From contig JBGTSH010000002.1 in the NCBI GenBank assembly GCA_041940405.1, positions 14,068-78,067 of the forward strand: a stretch of DNA of 64,000 bases, written 5' to 3'. A program made the translations under genes and the position numbers. This DNA is from Polyangiaceae bacterium. GTDB taxonomy: Bacteria > Myxococcota_A > Polyangia > Polyangiales > Polyangiaceae. How positions within the stretch are numbered: the stretch's first letter is position 1; each line of letters begins with the position of its first letter. Positions 1-9,130 of the stretch are shown here, piece after piece. Under the pieces are notes generated by a model. It ran no database searches. It was given only the letters and a program-made list of their open reading frames with translations, and had not been told where the DNA came from.

Positions 1-1680
1 GATGAGCACCTCGGACGTGGTCATCACGAGGTACTGGGCGACCTGCCAGAGAACGTGGACCTTGGCCCCGGCGGCAGCTGCCGTCTCCATCCGCGCCTGG
101 AGCAAAGCTGCAATGGCGAACGCGCCGGCGGCGAGGAACATCCCGACGGCCATCTTGCGAAGCGGCTTGAGCGCTTTGCCGCGCCGCTCGAGCGGCTGGT
201 AGACGAGGATGTTGAGCGCGGGGATGATGATCATGACCATCAGCGGGTTGAGCGCCTGGATCTGCGACGCCTTGAGCTCGACCGTCAGCTGTCCGCCCTG
301 GGTGATGTCGAGACCGATCGCGCCGGCGCCGAGGACCACGAGCGACCCGAAGAAGAGGCGCGGCACGATGGCCGGAATCCTCTTGTTCGAGACCCACATC
401 ATGAGCCAGGTGCCGCCATAGAGCGCGCCGCCGATCGTCGCCGCGACGACGAACCTGCCCGTCCATGCGGGCACCGTGAGCACGCGGTTCATCTCTTTGG
501 CTTGCTGCACCCAGGTCGACGCGTGCTGATCGAAGAGAGCCCAGAAGAACATCACCATCGAGAAGACGAGGACGATGCGCAGGACGGCGGGCGGGCCCTC
601 TGCGGCCTCTTCGCCGAACTTTTCGCGCGCGACATCGAAGAAGCCTTGCCCCTCTTTTCGCGAACGGCGGTTCTTGAACGAATAGAGAAGAACGGCGAGG
701 AATCCATCGTCTTGCTCTCGCGCCTGGCGCATGCCGAAGAGCACGAAGCCGAGCGCCACGAGACCGCCGGCGATAGCGAAGTAGTGCCACGACGACGTCG
801 CCAGGTGGCTGAGGTAGCCGGTCAGGTACTCGCCGTAGAACTGCGCCTTGCTCATCGCGGCGGGATCGGGCGCCTGGTAGTGATCGCCCTGCACGAAGAC
901 GGCGACGATGATCGCGATGATCGGCGAGAAGAGGAGAAGCGCCGAGAAGAAGTCGAGCGCGCCGATGACCCCGCCGGGCTTGGGCGGCACGCGGACGAAG
1001 CGATCACGGCCCATCCAAAAGATGATCGTCGCAATCACCATCAAGATCCCGGGGACGCCGAACGCGACCTCTGGCCCGAACGCGTCGTTCAAGGCCGGCG
1101 TGATCATCGTGGAGAAGAACGAGCCGAAGTTGATGATGAAATAGAAAGCCTGAAACACCTTCGACACGAGGTGCGAAGTGTTGGCCGAGAATTGGTCGCC
1201 GACGTTCGCAGAGACGCACGGCTTGATGCCGCCGGAGCCGACGGCGATGAGGGCGAGGCCGATGTACATGCCCATCTCGGCGCCCTCGTAGTTCTTCATC
1301 TCGGCGAGGCGCCCCGCCACGGCCAGCACGGCGTGCCCAGCGCAGTAGATGATCGAGACGAAGAAGATGACCCGGTACTTGCCGAGCAGGCGATCCGCAA
1401 GAATCGCTCCGATCATCGGGAAGGCGTAGACGCCGGCCATGAACAGGTGGGCCACCGCCGTCGCCTTGGCCTTGGCCGCGTCGGAGTCCGCCTTGCTGAG
1501 GAGGTTCTCCGACACGAAGTGGACGTAGAGCGACGCCAGGTACGTGTAGAGGATGGCGCGCATCCCGTAGTAGCTGAAGCGCTCGGCGCCCTCATTGCCG
1601 ACGATGAACGGGATGCCGCGCGGAAAGCCGGCTTTCGAAGCGTCGGCGGCCACTTGGGTGTCTACTGCTGTGGTCGTCAT
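1..1680 (-). CDS. POT/PTR2-family proton-dependent oligopeptide transporter (partial; C-terminus lies beyond the left edge)
   Basis: Not in the ORF track. The reverse strand from ATG at 1680 reads MTTTAVDTQVAADASKAGFPRGIPFIVGNEGAERFSYYGMRAILYTYL, which carries the POT signature. The frame stays open to position 1 with hydrophobic TM-like sequence (..VLWQVAQYLVMTTSEVLI). Confidence 0.9.
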   Translation of the reverse strand, partial: MTTTAVDTQVAADASKAGFPRGIPFIVGNEGAERFSYYGMRAILYTYLASLYVHFVSENLLSKADSDAAKAKATAVAHLFMAGVYAFPMIGAILADRLLGKYRVIFFVSIIYCAGHAVLAVAGRLAEMKNYEGAEMGMYIGLALIAVGSGGIKPCVSANVGDQFSANTSHLVSKVFQAFYFIINFGSFFSTMITPALNDAFGPEVAFGVPGILMVIATIIFWMGRDRFVRVPPKPGGVIGALDFFSALLLFSPIIAIIVAVFVQGDHYQAPDPAAMSKAQFYGEYLTGYLSHLATSSWHYFAIAGGLVALGFVLFGMRQAREQDDGFLAVLLYSFKNRRSRKEGQGFFDVAREKFGEEAAEGPPAVLRIVLVFSMVMFFWALFDQHASTWVQQAKEMNRVLTVPAWTGRFVVAATIGGALYGGTWLMMWVSNKRIPAIVPRLFFGSLVVLGAGAIGLDITQGGQLTVELKASQIQALNPLMVMIIIPALNILVYQPLERRGKALKPLRKMAVGMFLAAGAFAIAALLQARMETAAAAGAKVHVLWQVAQYLVMTTSEVLI

Positions 1681-1733
1681 GGCGCCGGCATCCTAACCCG
1701 GAGTGGCGCGTGGCTTGCTCGAGTTTGTGCTCG

Positions 1734-2783
1734 ATGGTAGGGCGAGCTCTCGGCGTGGCGCTGCTAACCTTCTGTGGCGCGGCGGGCTGTGTGCCGGAAA
1801 TCCTGCCGGAGGCACTCGTAGGGGACGGGACCCCGGCCGAAGCGATCGAAGCGACCGTCCACAGGGATCCGCTGCCCTCGTGGAACGACCGATCGAGCAA
1901 GCGCGCGCTCCTCGACTTCGTCGAGCGGGTGACCGCGGATCAAGGCGCGGAGTACGTGCCGCCGGAGGAGCGGATCGCTGTCTTCGACAACGACGGCACC
2001 CTCTGGGGCGAGCAGCCGATGTACGTCGAGCTCGCGTTCGCGCTCGATCGCATCAAAGAGCTGGCTCCCGTGCACCCGCAGTGGCAGGAGCGGCCGGCGC
2101 TGCGAGCTGCGATCGACGGCGATCTCGAGGCGCTCGCGGCCACCGGACCCCAGGGAGCGGCGGAGCTCTTGGCGGCCACGCACGCCGGAATGACGACCGA
2201 CGATTTCGAGCGGACTGTGCGGAACTGGATCGAGACGGCGCGCCACCCGACGCTCGGGGTTCCCTATCCCGAGCTCACCTACCAGCCGATGCTCGAGGTC
2301 CTTCGCTACCTCGACGCTCGCGGCTTCAAGACGTTCATCGTGTCGGGCGGCGGCGTCGAGTTCATGCGCCCGTGGGCCGAGAAGGTCTATGGCATTCCTC
2401 GCGAGCGCATCATCGGAAGCCGCGGCAAGCTCGTGTACGAACCTCGCGAAGGAAAGCCGTCAATCGTCAAAGAGGCCGACGTCGAGCTCGTGGACGACGG
2501 CCCGGGAAAGCCAGCCGGCATTCAGGCGGCGATCGGCCGCCGCCCGATCTTGGCGTTCGGCAACTCGGACGGCGACTTCCAGATGCTCGAATGGGCGACC
2601 TCACGAGAGGGCCCCCATTTGGGCGTCTTGATCCATCACACGGACGCCGCTCGCGAATGGGCGTACGACCGCGATTCCAAGATCGGGAAGCTTTACCGCG
2701 GACTCGATGAAGCGGGCGCGCGCGGCTGGGTCGTCGTGGACATGAAGCAGGATTGGAGAGCGATCTACGCCCGCGCGAAGTGA
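1734..2783 (+). CDS. HAD-superfamily (subfamily IB-like) hydrolase, probable lipoprotein
   Basis: FDNDGTLW motif I, SGG motif and GNSDGD motif. The N-terminus MVGRALGVALLTFCGAAGC looks like a signal peptide plus lipobox. Track ORF 1710..2783; GTG at 1710 is an alternative start. Confidence 0.85.
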   Translation: MVGRALGVALLTFCGAAGCVPEILPEALVGDGTPAEAIEATVHRDPLPSWNDRSSKRALLDFVERVTADQGAEYVPPEERIAVFDNDGTLWGEQPMYVELAFALDRIKELAPVHPQWQERPALRAAIDGDLEALAATGPQGAAELLAATHAGMTTDDFERTVRNWIETARHPTLGVPYPELTYQPMLEVLRYLDARGFKTFIVSGGGVEFMRPWAEKVYGIPRERIIGSRGKLVYEPREGKPSIVKEADVELVDDGPGKPAGIQAAIGRRPILAFGNSDGDFQMLEWATSREGPHLGVLIHHTDAAREWAYDRDSKIGKLYRGLDEAGARGWVVVDMKQDWRAIYARAK

Positions 2784-2796
2784 CCGGTGAGCTCGC

Positions 2797-3513
2797 TCAG
2801 CGGCGGTCCACGCGACGCGTTCCGTCGGCGAGCACATGCTCGATCGCGCGACCCTGATCGTAGAGGGTCGCGCCGACGGGATAGCCGTCGTCCTCCCACA
2901 GCTTGGTCCAGCCGTGCCGCACGCCGTTCGACCACATGACTTGCGCGCAGACGGCGCCGCCGGGCGCGTAGCTCGTGTGAAGGCCGTGCTCGCGATGCAC
3001 CTTGAGCTCGCGATCGACGAAGAAGCCGACGCTCGCGCGACCCCCGGTCGGGTGATACTCGACCGACCAGCGGAGCCTTCCGTTTTCGTAGAAGCGCTGC
3101 GACTGAAGCCGCTTCGATCGGTAAAAGCTGAGCGTGAGGCCGTGCCAGATCGGTGCGCCGCCGATGTCGTTGGGGATCGCGCAGCCGACCGACGTCTCGG
3201 TGACGTACACGCGCGCGCCCGCGGGACATCGGACGGTCGCCTCGGTCACCTGGTCACGGGTGATCATATCCGGGAGCCACGTGGGCACCTGGGCCGCGGG
3301 CTCGGGGGTGAAGATCTCGCGAGCCTCTTGGGAGAGCTCGGGGCGAGCCACCCTTGCGAGCGACGGCTTCGCGGTGGCCGCCATCGACAGCGATCGGCGC
3401 AGCGAGTCGATCTGCGCCTCGATCGTCGCGCGCTTCGCCGGGTCCGCGGCCGAGAGCTCGGCCTCGAGCTCGGCGATCATCGTCTTGAGATCCGAGTCCC
3501 GACCGCTCGTCAT
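2797..3513 (-). CDS. MORN-repeat-variant (YwqK-like) protein
   Basis: The C-terminal half has repeated G-x-HG/W-x-Y-x-NG type units (WHGLTLSFYRSKRL.., FYENGRLRWSVEY.., HGLHTSYAPGG.., RHGWTKLWEDDG). The start was trimmed to ATG 3513, which is preceded by AGAAGAGGTG. Confidence 0.7.
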   Translation of the reverse strand: MTSGRDSDLKTMIAELEAELSAADPAKRATIEAQIDSLRRSLSMAATAKPSLARVARPELSQEAREIFTPEPAAQVPTWLPDMITRDQVTEATVRCPAGARVYVTETSVGCAIPNDIGGAPIWHGLTLSFYRSKRLQSQRFYENGRLRWSVEYHPTGGRASVGFFVDRELKVHREHGLHTSYAPGGAVCAQVMWSNGVRHGWTKLWEDDGYPVGATLYDQGRAIEHVLADGTRRVDRR

Positions 3514-3613
3514 CACCTCTTCTCTACCTTGACCGTCGCGCCGTTGGAAACGGGGAACCTCGGGCGGCAGGGCTTGTCCAACGCCCTTCGTGGAGCCCGA
3601 AGAGCATGCTCGG

Positions 3614-4612
3614 ATGCCGAGCCTCGTGCTGCCTTTTGCGCTCGTCGGGCTCGCCGCGACGGTCTTTACCCTCACGGCGGTGTCGGTGGTCCGCGTCGGC
3701 GCACAGGGTGCGAGCCTCGTTTGGGCGGGGGGAACCGGCGCCTTCCTAGGAGCCGTCGTCGGGATCGTCCTGCGCCGATGGCGAGTCCTTCACGATCCGA
3801 TGTTTCGCGAGAAGGCGACCGTTCGCGTCGGCGTCGTGGTCGTCGCCGCGGGCATCGTGGTGGGGTCTGTCCTCGGCGTCGAGGCCTGGGGCGCCGACGG
3901 CATCTTGCCTTTTGCGCTCGGCGGGGGCGTGCTCTCACTCGGGTTCGTGCCTGCTTGCACGACGGTGCTGGGCGCGGGTCGAAGCGCGGCGCGCGCCCGG
4001 CTCGGCTCGGTCGTCGCGGATGCCGATCGGCGGACGATCTGGGGTACGACATTCTCGGCGATCGCCGTCACGACCCTCGCCGGGCTTCCGGCGATCGCCG
4101 GCGGCTGTGTGCGTCGTGTATCGGCGCCGCAACAGGCGTCGGCCGTTCTCGCAGTGGGGATCGCGTGTGTGCTCGGCGGTGCGCTGCTCGCCATCTTGGA
4201 CAAGCGGGGCATGACGGCTCTCCGTCGCTTGGCGCTCACGCGACCGCTCGAAGAGGCAGGGGAGCACGCGACGGAGTCGAAGGCGTGTGTGGACGTGGGG
4301 CTCGGCGACGCGTCTTGGGCACCCGCGCCCGGTGCGTCGACCTATCGCAGCGCCAACCAAGAGCAGGTCCTCCTCCGAGGAGATATCGACGCCGCGCTGG
4401 CTGCGCTCGACGACGCCTTCAAGCGTCGCGTGACGACGCAGGGCCTGGCTGCGCTCGCGATCGCCTCGACGCTGGCTACCTGCCTTGCGGCAGACGTACG
4501 CCCAGTCGGCGCCGAAGGATGCTTCCGGCGCGTCCGTGGGACCGAATCCGTCGGGTGCGACTGCGTCAGCAAGCAGGAATTCTTGGCGTCGCGCGGCAAG
4601 CTGCCACATTGA
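3614..4612 (+). CDS. hypothetical multi-pass membrane protein
   Basis: Several hydrophobic segments (LVLPFALVGLAATVFTLTAV, GAFLGAVVGIVL, VGVVVVAAGIVVGSVLGV and others). No recognised family; the start and the C-terminal end are uncertain. Confidence 0.5.
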   Translation: MPSLVLPFALVGLAATVFTLTAVSVVRVGAQGASLVWAGGTGAFLGAVVGIVLRRWRVLHDPMFREKATVRVGVVVVAAGIVVGSVLGVEAWGADGILPFALGGGVLSLGFVPACTTVLGAGRSAARARLGSVVADADRRTIWGTTFSAIAVTTLAGLPAIAGGCVRRVSAPQQASAVLAVGIACVLGGALLAILDKRGMTALRRLALTRPLEEAGEHATESKACVDVGLGDASWAPAPGASTYRSANQEQVLLRGDIDAALAALDDAFKRRVTTQGLAALAIASTLATCLAADVRPVGAEGCFRRVRGTESVGCDCVSKQEFLASRGKLPH

Positions 4613-4676
4613 GACGTCGCGGCGTCGAGAGCTGGGTGTGGCGAGGCCGGCACCCCAGTTGCTTTTGACGACCAGC

Positions 4677-6323
4677 ATGTCCCGATCGAAGGACAAGCTG
4701 GCGACCTACCGTAAAAAGCGCGATTTTTTCGTCACGCCCGAGCCACGTGGCAAAGCGAAACGAAGGGTCAAAGGCTTTGGGTACCTGATCCAGAAGCACG
4801 ACGCGAGCAGGCTGCACTACGACTTTCGCCTCGAGCTCGACGGCGTCCTCTTGAGCTGGGCGGTTCCCAAGGGGCCGAGCTTGTCGCCGAAGGAGCGCCG
4901 GCTCGCGGTGCGGACCGAGGACCATCCGATCGAATACGGCTCGTTCGAGGGCGTGATCCCGGAAGGCGAGTACGGCGGCGGCACCGTGATGCTCTGGGAT
5001 CGCGGCAGCTGGGAGCCGAACGAGGATCCACGTGAAGGATTGGAGAAGGGACACCTCGTCTTCACGCTGCATGGCGAGCGCTTGCGCGGCCGGTGGCACC
5101 TCGTCCGAACGAGGCCGCGGGCGAGAGAGAAGAACGAGAGCTGGCTCCTCTTCAAGGGCAAGGATGCCGAGGCGGTGAAAGGGCGAGAGCCGGTGGATGT
5201 CGAGCTCACGAGCGTCGTTTCGGGGCGCTCGATGGACGCCATCGCGAGCGACGCCGATCGGTCGTGGAGCTCGGAGGAAGGCCGCGCGAAGAAGGCGAAG
5301 AAGAAGCGGGCTCCGGCCCCCCGAGCCAAACGATCGCAGGCGGCGAGCACCGACTTGAGCGGGCTCGTCGCGCAGATCCCGACGTCGGTGAAGCTCACCA
5401 ACCTCGACAAGGTTCTCTTCCCCGACGGCCTCACCAAGGGGGCGCTCATCGCGTACTACGCGATCGTCGAGCCCTACATGCTCCCCCACCTCCAAAATCG
5501 TCCGCTGACGCTCGTGCGCTGCCCGAATGGAGCGCCGCGGGGCTCATCGCGCGTGCACCAAACGCCGAGCCGCCGCGACGCCGGCGAGGTCGCCGCGGCG
5601 AAGCATTGCTTCTATCAAAAGCACGTAAAACGCGGGCTGGACCCGGCCATCATCGGCGTCCCCATTCGCGAAGACGACGGAACGATCGGCGAGTACATGG
5701 CGGTCGGCGATCGCGACGGCCTCTTCGCCGTCGCGCAGCTCGGCTCGCTCGAGCTCCACACCTGGGGGTGCCACATCGACGACGTCGAGCGGCCCGACGC
5801 TGCGGTCATCGATCTCGATCCGGATGAAGCGCTCCCCTGGCGTTCGGTGGTCCGCGCGGCGTTCGAGGTGCGCGCGGTGCTGGAAGATCTCGGCTTGAAG
5901 AGCTGGGTGAAGACGACCGGAGGCAAGGGCATCCACGTTTGTTTCCCAATCGTCCGACGCACGTCGTGGGACGACTTCAAAGACTTCACGCACGGGGTGG
6001 CGACGACGATCGTCGCGAGCGATCCCAAGCGCTACACCGCGAACATGGCGAAGGCGCAACGCACGGGGAAGATCTTCATCGACTACCTCCGCAATGGCAG
6101 AGGGGCGACGGCCGTCGCACCCTATTCGACACGGGCAAGGAGGGGCGCTCCCGTCGCTGCGCCAATCACCTGGGACGAGCTCGAGGCCGGCGCGCATCCG
6201 CGTGATTTCAACCTGCGATCGATGATGAGCCGCCTCGAAACGCTGAAGGTCGACCCTTGGGCCGACTTCTTGAGAACGAAGCAATCGATCACGCAGGCCA
6301 CTTGGCGGAAGCTCGCCGCCTGA
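4677..6323 (+). CDS. LigD-like NHEJ protein with 3'-phosphoesterase (PE) and polymerase/primase (Pol) domains and no ligase domain
   Basis: PE motifs: YLIQKHDASRLHYDFRLELDGVLLSWAVPKGPS and GEYGGGTVMLWD. Pol motifs: LTNLDKVLFP, IDLDPDE, KTTGGKGIHV and DYLRNGRGATAVAPYSTRA. They are joined by a Lys/Ala-rich linker. The start was trimmed to ATG 4677 (MSRSKDKLATYRKKRDF). Confidence 0.88.
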   Translation: MSRSKDKLATYRKKRDFFVTPEPRGKAKRRVKGFGYLIQKHDASRLHYDFRLELDGVLLSWAVPKGPSLSPKERRLAVRTEDHPIEYGSFEGVIPEGEYGGGTVMLWDRGSWEPNEDPREGLEKGHLVFTLHGERLRGRWHLVRTRPRAREKNESWLLFKGKDAEAVKGREPVDVELTSVVSGRSMDAIASDADRSWSSEEGRAKKAKKKRAPAPRAKRSQAASTDLSGLVAQIPTSVKLTNLDKVLFPDGLTKGALIAYYAIVEPYMLPHLQNRPLTLVRCPNGAPRGSSRVHQTPSRRDAGEVAAAKHCFYQKHVKRGLDPAIIGVPIREDDGTIGEYMAVGDRDGLFAVAQLGSLELHTWGCHIDDVERPDAAVIDLDPDEALPWRSVVRAAFEVRAVLEDLGLKSWVKTTGGKGIHVCFPIVRRTSWDDFKDFTHGVATTIVASDPKRYTANMAKAQRTGKIFIDYLRNGRGATAVAPYSTRARRGAPVAAPITWDELEAGAHPRDFNLRSMMSRLETLKVDPWADFLRTKQSITQATWRKLAA

Positions 6324-6333
6324 TTGCGCCGCG

Positions 6334-7062
6334 TCACTGCGGGTGACGAGTCATCGCCATCGCGAGCTCGGCCTCGTGGGTCAGATCGAGGCGCAGCGGC
6401 GTGAGCGAGACGTAGCTCTCTTGCACTGCCCAGCGATCCGTTCCCTCGTCCACGGCCTCGAGTGGGCGCACCGTCAGCCAGAAGTGCTCGCGGCCCATCG
6501 GATCCTTGCCGGGCCGCACCTCACCGTCGTAGTGGCGCACCGATTGACGAGTCCAGCGAAGACCCTTCGGCTTCTCCGGGATGTTCACGTTCACGAGGTG
6601 AAGGTTCTTGTCGGGCAAGAGCAGCTCCAGGACCTTCTCGACCCACGGCTCGAGCGCTTCGAAGTCGGGCTCTTCGTCCGTGACGGGGGTGCTCAGCGCA
6701 ATGCCGCGTAGACCCAGCAAGGTGGCCTGCTTTGCCGCCGCGAGCGTGCCGGAATGCCACATCGCGTTGCCGAGGTTCGTTCCCAGGTTGATGCCCGAGA
6801 GGACGACGTCGACATGCTCCCAATGGTGGGCTCCGAGCGCGACGCAGTCGGCCGGCGTGCCGTTCACGCGGTAGGCGTCGAACCCCTTGATGGGTGTGCG
6901 GCGGTACCGCAGCGGTCGCGCCGCCGTGATGGCATGTCCCATGGATGATTGCTCAACGTCGGGCGCCACGATGCGCACGTCGCCAAAGCGGCTCGCCACC
7001 TTTGCGAGCGTCGAGAGCCCGGGGCTGTAGATGCCGTCGTCGTTGCAGATGAGAAGTTTCAT
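6334..7062 (-). CDS. surE: 5'/3'-nucleotidase SurE
   Basis: MKLLICNDDGIYSPGL..., GINLGTNLG and SGTLAAA motifs. The start was trimmed to ATG 7062. Confidence 0.92.
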   Translation of the reverse strand: MKLLICNDDGIYSPGLSTLAKVASRFGDVRIVAPDVEQSSMGHAITAARPLRYRRTPIKGFDAYRVNGTPADCVALGAHHWEHVDVVLSGINLGTNLGNAMWHSGTLAAAKQATLLGLRGIALSTPVTDEEPDFEALEPWVEKVLELLLPDKNLHLVNVNIPEKPKGLRWTRQSVRHYDGEVRPGKDPMGREHFWLTVRPLEAVDEGTDRWAVQESYVSLTPLRLDLTHEAELAMAMTRHPQ

Positions 7063-7114
7063 GCCCGATCCACCATGCGCGAGGCGTGCCCGACGCGATG
7101 GGGCGAGGTGACAC

Positions 7115-8065
7115 GTGAAGGTCTGCTTGATCCACAGCCCGGGAGCCGGTCCCGGCGACGCCACCAAAGAGCAGCTCATCGGCCTGCTCGCGAAGTACGG
7201 CTATGAAGCGAGCTACCGGACGACCAAGGAAGACTGGAAGAGCTGCTTCGACAGCGGCTCCGAAATGGTGGTCGTCGCCGGCGGCGACGGGACGGTCAAG
7301 CGCGTCGCTCTGGAGCTCGCGGGACGCAACCTGCCGATGGCGGTCTTGCCCACCGGCACCGCGAACAACATCGCCGGAGCGCTCGGGTCGGTAGGAGAGC
7401 TCGAGCCGCTCGTAGCCTCGTTCGCGTCGTGCCGCCGGGTTCGGGTGGTGCTCGGCGTCGCTCGCGGCCCGTGGGGAGAGAAGCACTTCGTCGAGGGCGT
7501 CGGGTTTGGCCTCTTCGCCCGAACGATGCGAGACGCCGACGACGCGTCCAGCGGGGACGACGATCGAGCGCGCGGACGCGCGGCGAAGCTGCGAAAGGAT
7601 CTGGAGGGGCTCCTCGCGCACGCGCGCACCCAGCCTGCCTCGCACGCCGAGATCTGGCTGGACGGCAAGCAGGTACGCGGCGAGTTCCTCCTCGTTGCCG
7701 TCCTCAGCATTCCCTCGGTAGGCCCGCGCCTCGAGCTCGCGCCGGACAAGGACGCGGCGGACGACGTCTTCCACGTCGCGCTCGTCCCTGCGTGGCATCG
7801 CGAGGAGCTCAAGAGCCACCTCGAGGACCGGAAGGACGAGCGGCACTCGGAGCTCGAGACCATCGTTCGGACGGCTCGCTTGGTGAAGGCGCGCTGGTTC
7901 GGTCGCGACGTGCACATCGACGACGACGCTTGGCCCAAGGACCGGCAGGACCTGCAGGACATCGAGCCACCCATCGAGGTGGAGATCGAGGCGACCGAGC
8001 ACGGCATCATCGCGCTGGCGCCGGGCGCTCGCCGGCCCGCTTTTGCAAAGGACCGGTCCCCTTGA
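7115..8065 (+). CDS. diacylglycerol/lipid kinase family protein (DAGK catalytic domain)
   Basis: VVVAGGDGTV and LPTGTANN motifs. GTG start. The 3' end overlaps the convergent SDR gene by 59 nt. Confidence 0.8.
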   Translation: MKVCLIHSPGAGPGDATKEQLIGLLAKYGYEASYRTTKEDWKSCFDSGSEMVVVAGGDGTVKRVALELAGRNLPMAVLPTGTANNIAGALGSVGELEPLVASFASCRRVRVVLGVARGPWGEKHFVEGVGFGLFARTMRDADDASSGDDDRARGRAAKLRKDLEGLLAHARTQPASHAEIWLDGKQVRGEFLLVAVLSIPSVGPRLELAPDKDAADDVFHVALVPAWHREELKSHLEDRKDERHSELETIVRTARLVKARWFGRDVHIDDDAWPKDRQDLQDIEPPIEVEIEATEHGIIALAPGARRPAFAKDRSP

Positions 8066-8933
8066 TGCGGCCTTCTTCGCCGGGCTTGTTGAGCGTTCCC
8101 TCGGGGTCACGAGGCGGCTCGTCGTACTGCTGACGATCGGCCTGCTTCGCCGAGAGCTTGTCGCCGATCGACGGCGCGACCTTGGCGACCGCCGTATTGA
8201 CGTGAGCCATCGCTCCGACCTTGACCGTGCGCCGAGGGTGGCAGGCTGCATCGAGAATGGCATCGGCGACACGCTGGGGATCGATCTGCGGGTCGGGGAG
8301 CTTCGGCTCCTTCTGCATGTAGTTTCTCGCGTGCTGCGGATAGGGCGTGTCGACGGCCGTCGGTTGCACGAGGGTGATCGAGACCGGCGCCTTGTCCAGC
8401 TCCTCGACCTCGATGCGAAGCGCGTCGGTGAAGCCCTTCACCGCGTGCTTCGAAGCCGAGTACATGCCCTGAAGAGGAATCACCGCCTCGGATACCTCGC
8501 TTCCGATGTTGATGAGCGCTCCGCCACGCTGCTTCAAGTGGGGCAGCGCCACGAGCGAGCCGTTCACGACGCCCCAGAAGTTCACGTCGAAGAGGCGGCG
8601 GCTGTCGTCGTCGCCGACCTCCTCGAGCTTTCCATAGATCGCCACGCCTGCGTTGTTCACCCACGTGTCGATCCGTCCGAAGTGCTGAATGGCGGCGTCG
8701 GCGACCGCCTCTACTTGCCGGCGGTCGGCGATGTCCGCGGCGACGAACAGGGCTTGGCCTCCCTGGCCTTGGATGCGCCGAACGACGTCGGCGAGCGTGT
8801 GCTCACTTCTGGCTGCGAGCACGACGCGGGCGCCTCGCGAAGCCGCGGTGATCGCTGTCGCGAGGCCAATTCCGCTGGATGCGCCGGTGACCACGATGAC
8901 CTGCTGATCGAGTGGCCGGAGGGTGGGGGACAT
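8007..8933 (-). CDS. SDR-family oxidoreductase with a C-terminal low-complexity extension
   Basis: TGASSGIG cofactor motif, NNAG, and the YSASKHAV catalytic motif. Confidence 0.9.
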   Translation of the reverse strand: MSPTLRPLDQQVIVVTGASSGIGLATAITAASRGARVVLAARSEHTLADVVRRIQGQGGQALFVAADIADRRQVEAVADAAIQHFGRIDTWVNNAGVAIYGKLEEVGDDDSRRLFDVNFWGVVNGSLVALPHLKQRGGALINIGSEVSEAVIPLQGMYSASKHAVKGFTDALRIEVEELDKAPVSITLVQPTAVDTPYPQHARNYMQKEPKLPDPQIDPQRVADAILDAACHPRRTVKVGAMAHVNTAVAKVAPSIGDKLSAKQADRQQYDEPPRDPEGTLNKPGEEGRIKGTGPLQKRAGERPAPAR

Positions 8934-9130
8934 GGAACGTTCCTTTTTGACGGCGAAAGTGCCGCTTCATCGAGCTCGCAATGCACGTGCCCCATGGCGC
9001 GACCGATGTGGCGATGCGCCACGCGTGGCGAATCGCACCGCCGCGTCTGAAGAAATCGCCAACAAAAAGTCAGTGCGCCCAGTACACGACCAGCGCTGGT
9101 TGTCCTAGGCTCGGTGATGGGGGGCTCGAC

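Noticed and set aside
55-1740. 561-aa plus-strand ORF from the track
   Set aside because: Its composition is dominated by R/D/E/H/G with no motifs. It is the antisense shadow of the POT transporter, whose signature (GNEGAERFSYYGM) and TM segments read cleanly on the minus strand.
2836-4668. 610-aa plus-strand ORF, and similar long ORFs at 21230..23581, 25894..27213, 29849..31843, 36146..37924, 40849..43938, 41864..43993, 43987..45606, 46997..48610, 47032..48747, 48786..50027, 50449..51897, 52631..53857, 53889..55307, 55253..57205
   Set aside because: All are Arg/Gly/Pro/Asp-rich, lack recognisable motifs, and lie opposite or out of frame to ORFs with clear family signatures. These are typical high-GC shadow ORFs.
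4485-4676. N-terminal extensions of track ORFs (for example 4485..4676, 6334..7179, 8981..9130, 15197..15655, 26625..27350, 31877..32080, 40385..40648, 45676..46056, 57850..58410)
   Set aside because: The extended regions are low-complexity and R/S/P/A-rich. They lack RBS context, and internal ATG or GTG codons with Shine-Dalgarno-like sequences or signal peptides fit the family N-termini better.
8934-9100. Short perfect palindromes GGAACGTTCC (8934..8943) and ACCAGCGCTGGT (9089..9100)
   Set aside because: Palindromes of 10-12 bp are expected many times by chance in 64 kb, so they are not reported as features. The second is mentioned only as context for the 16-bp palindrome.
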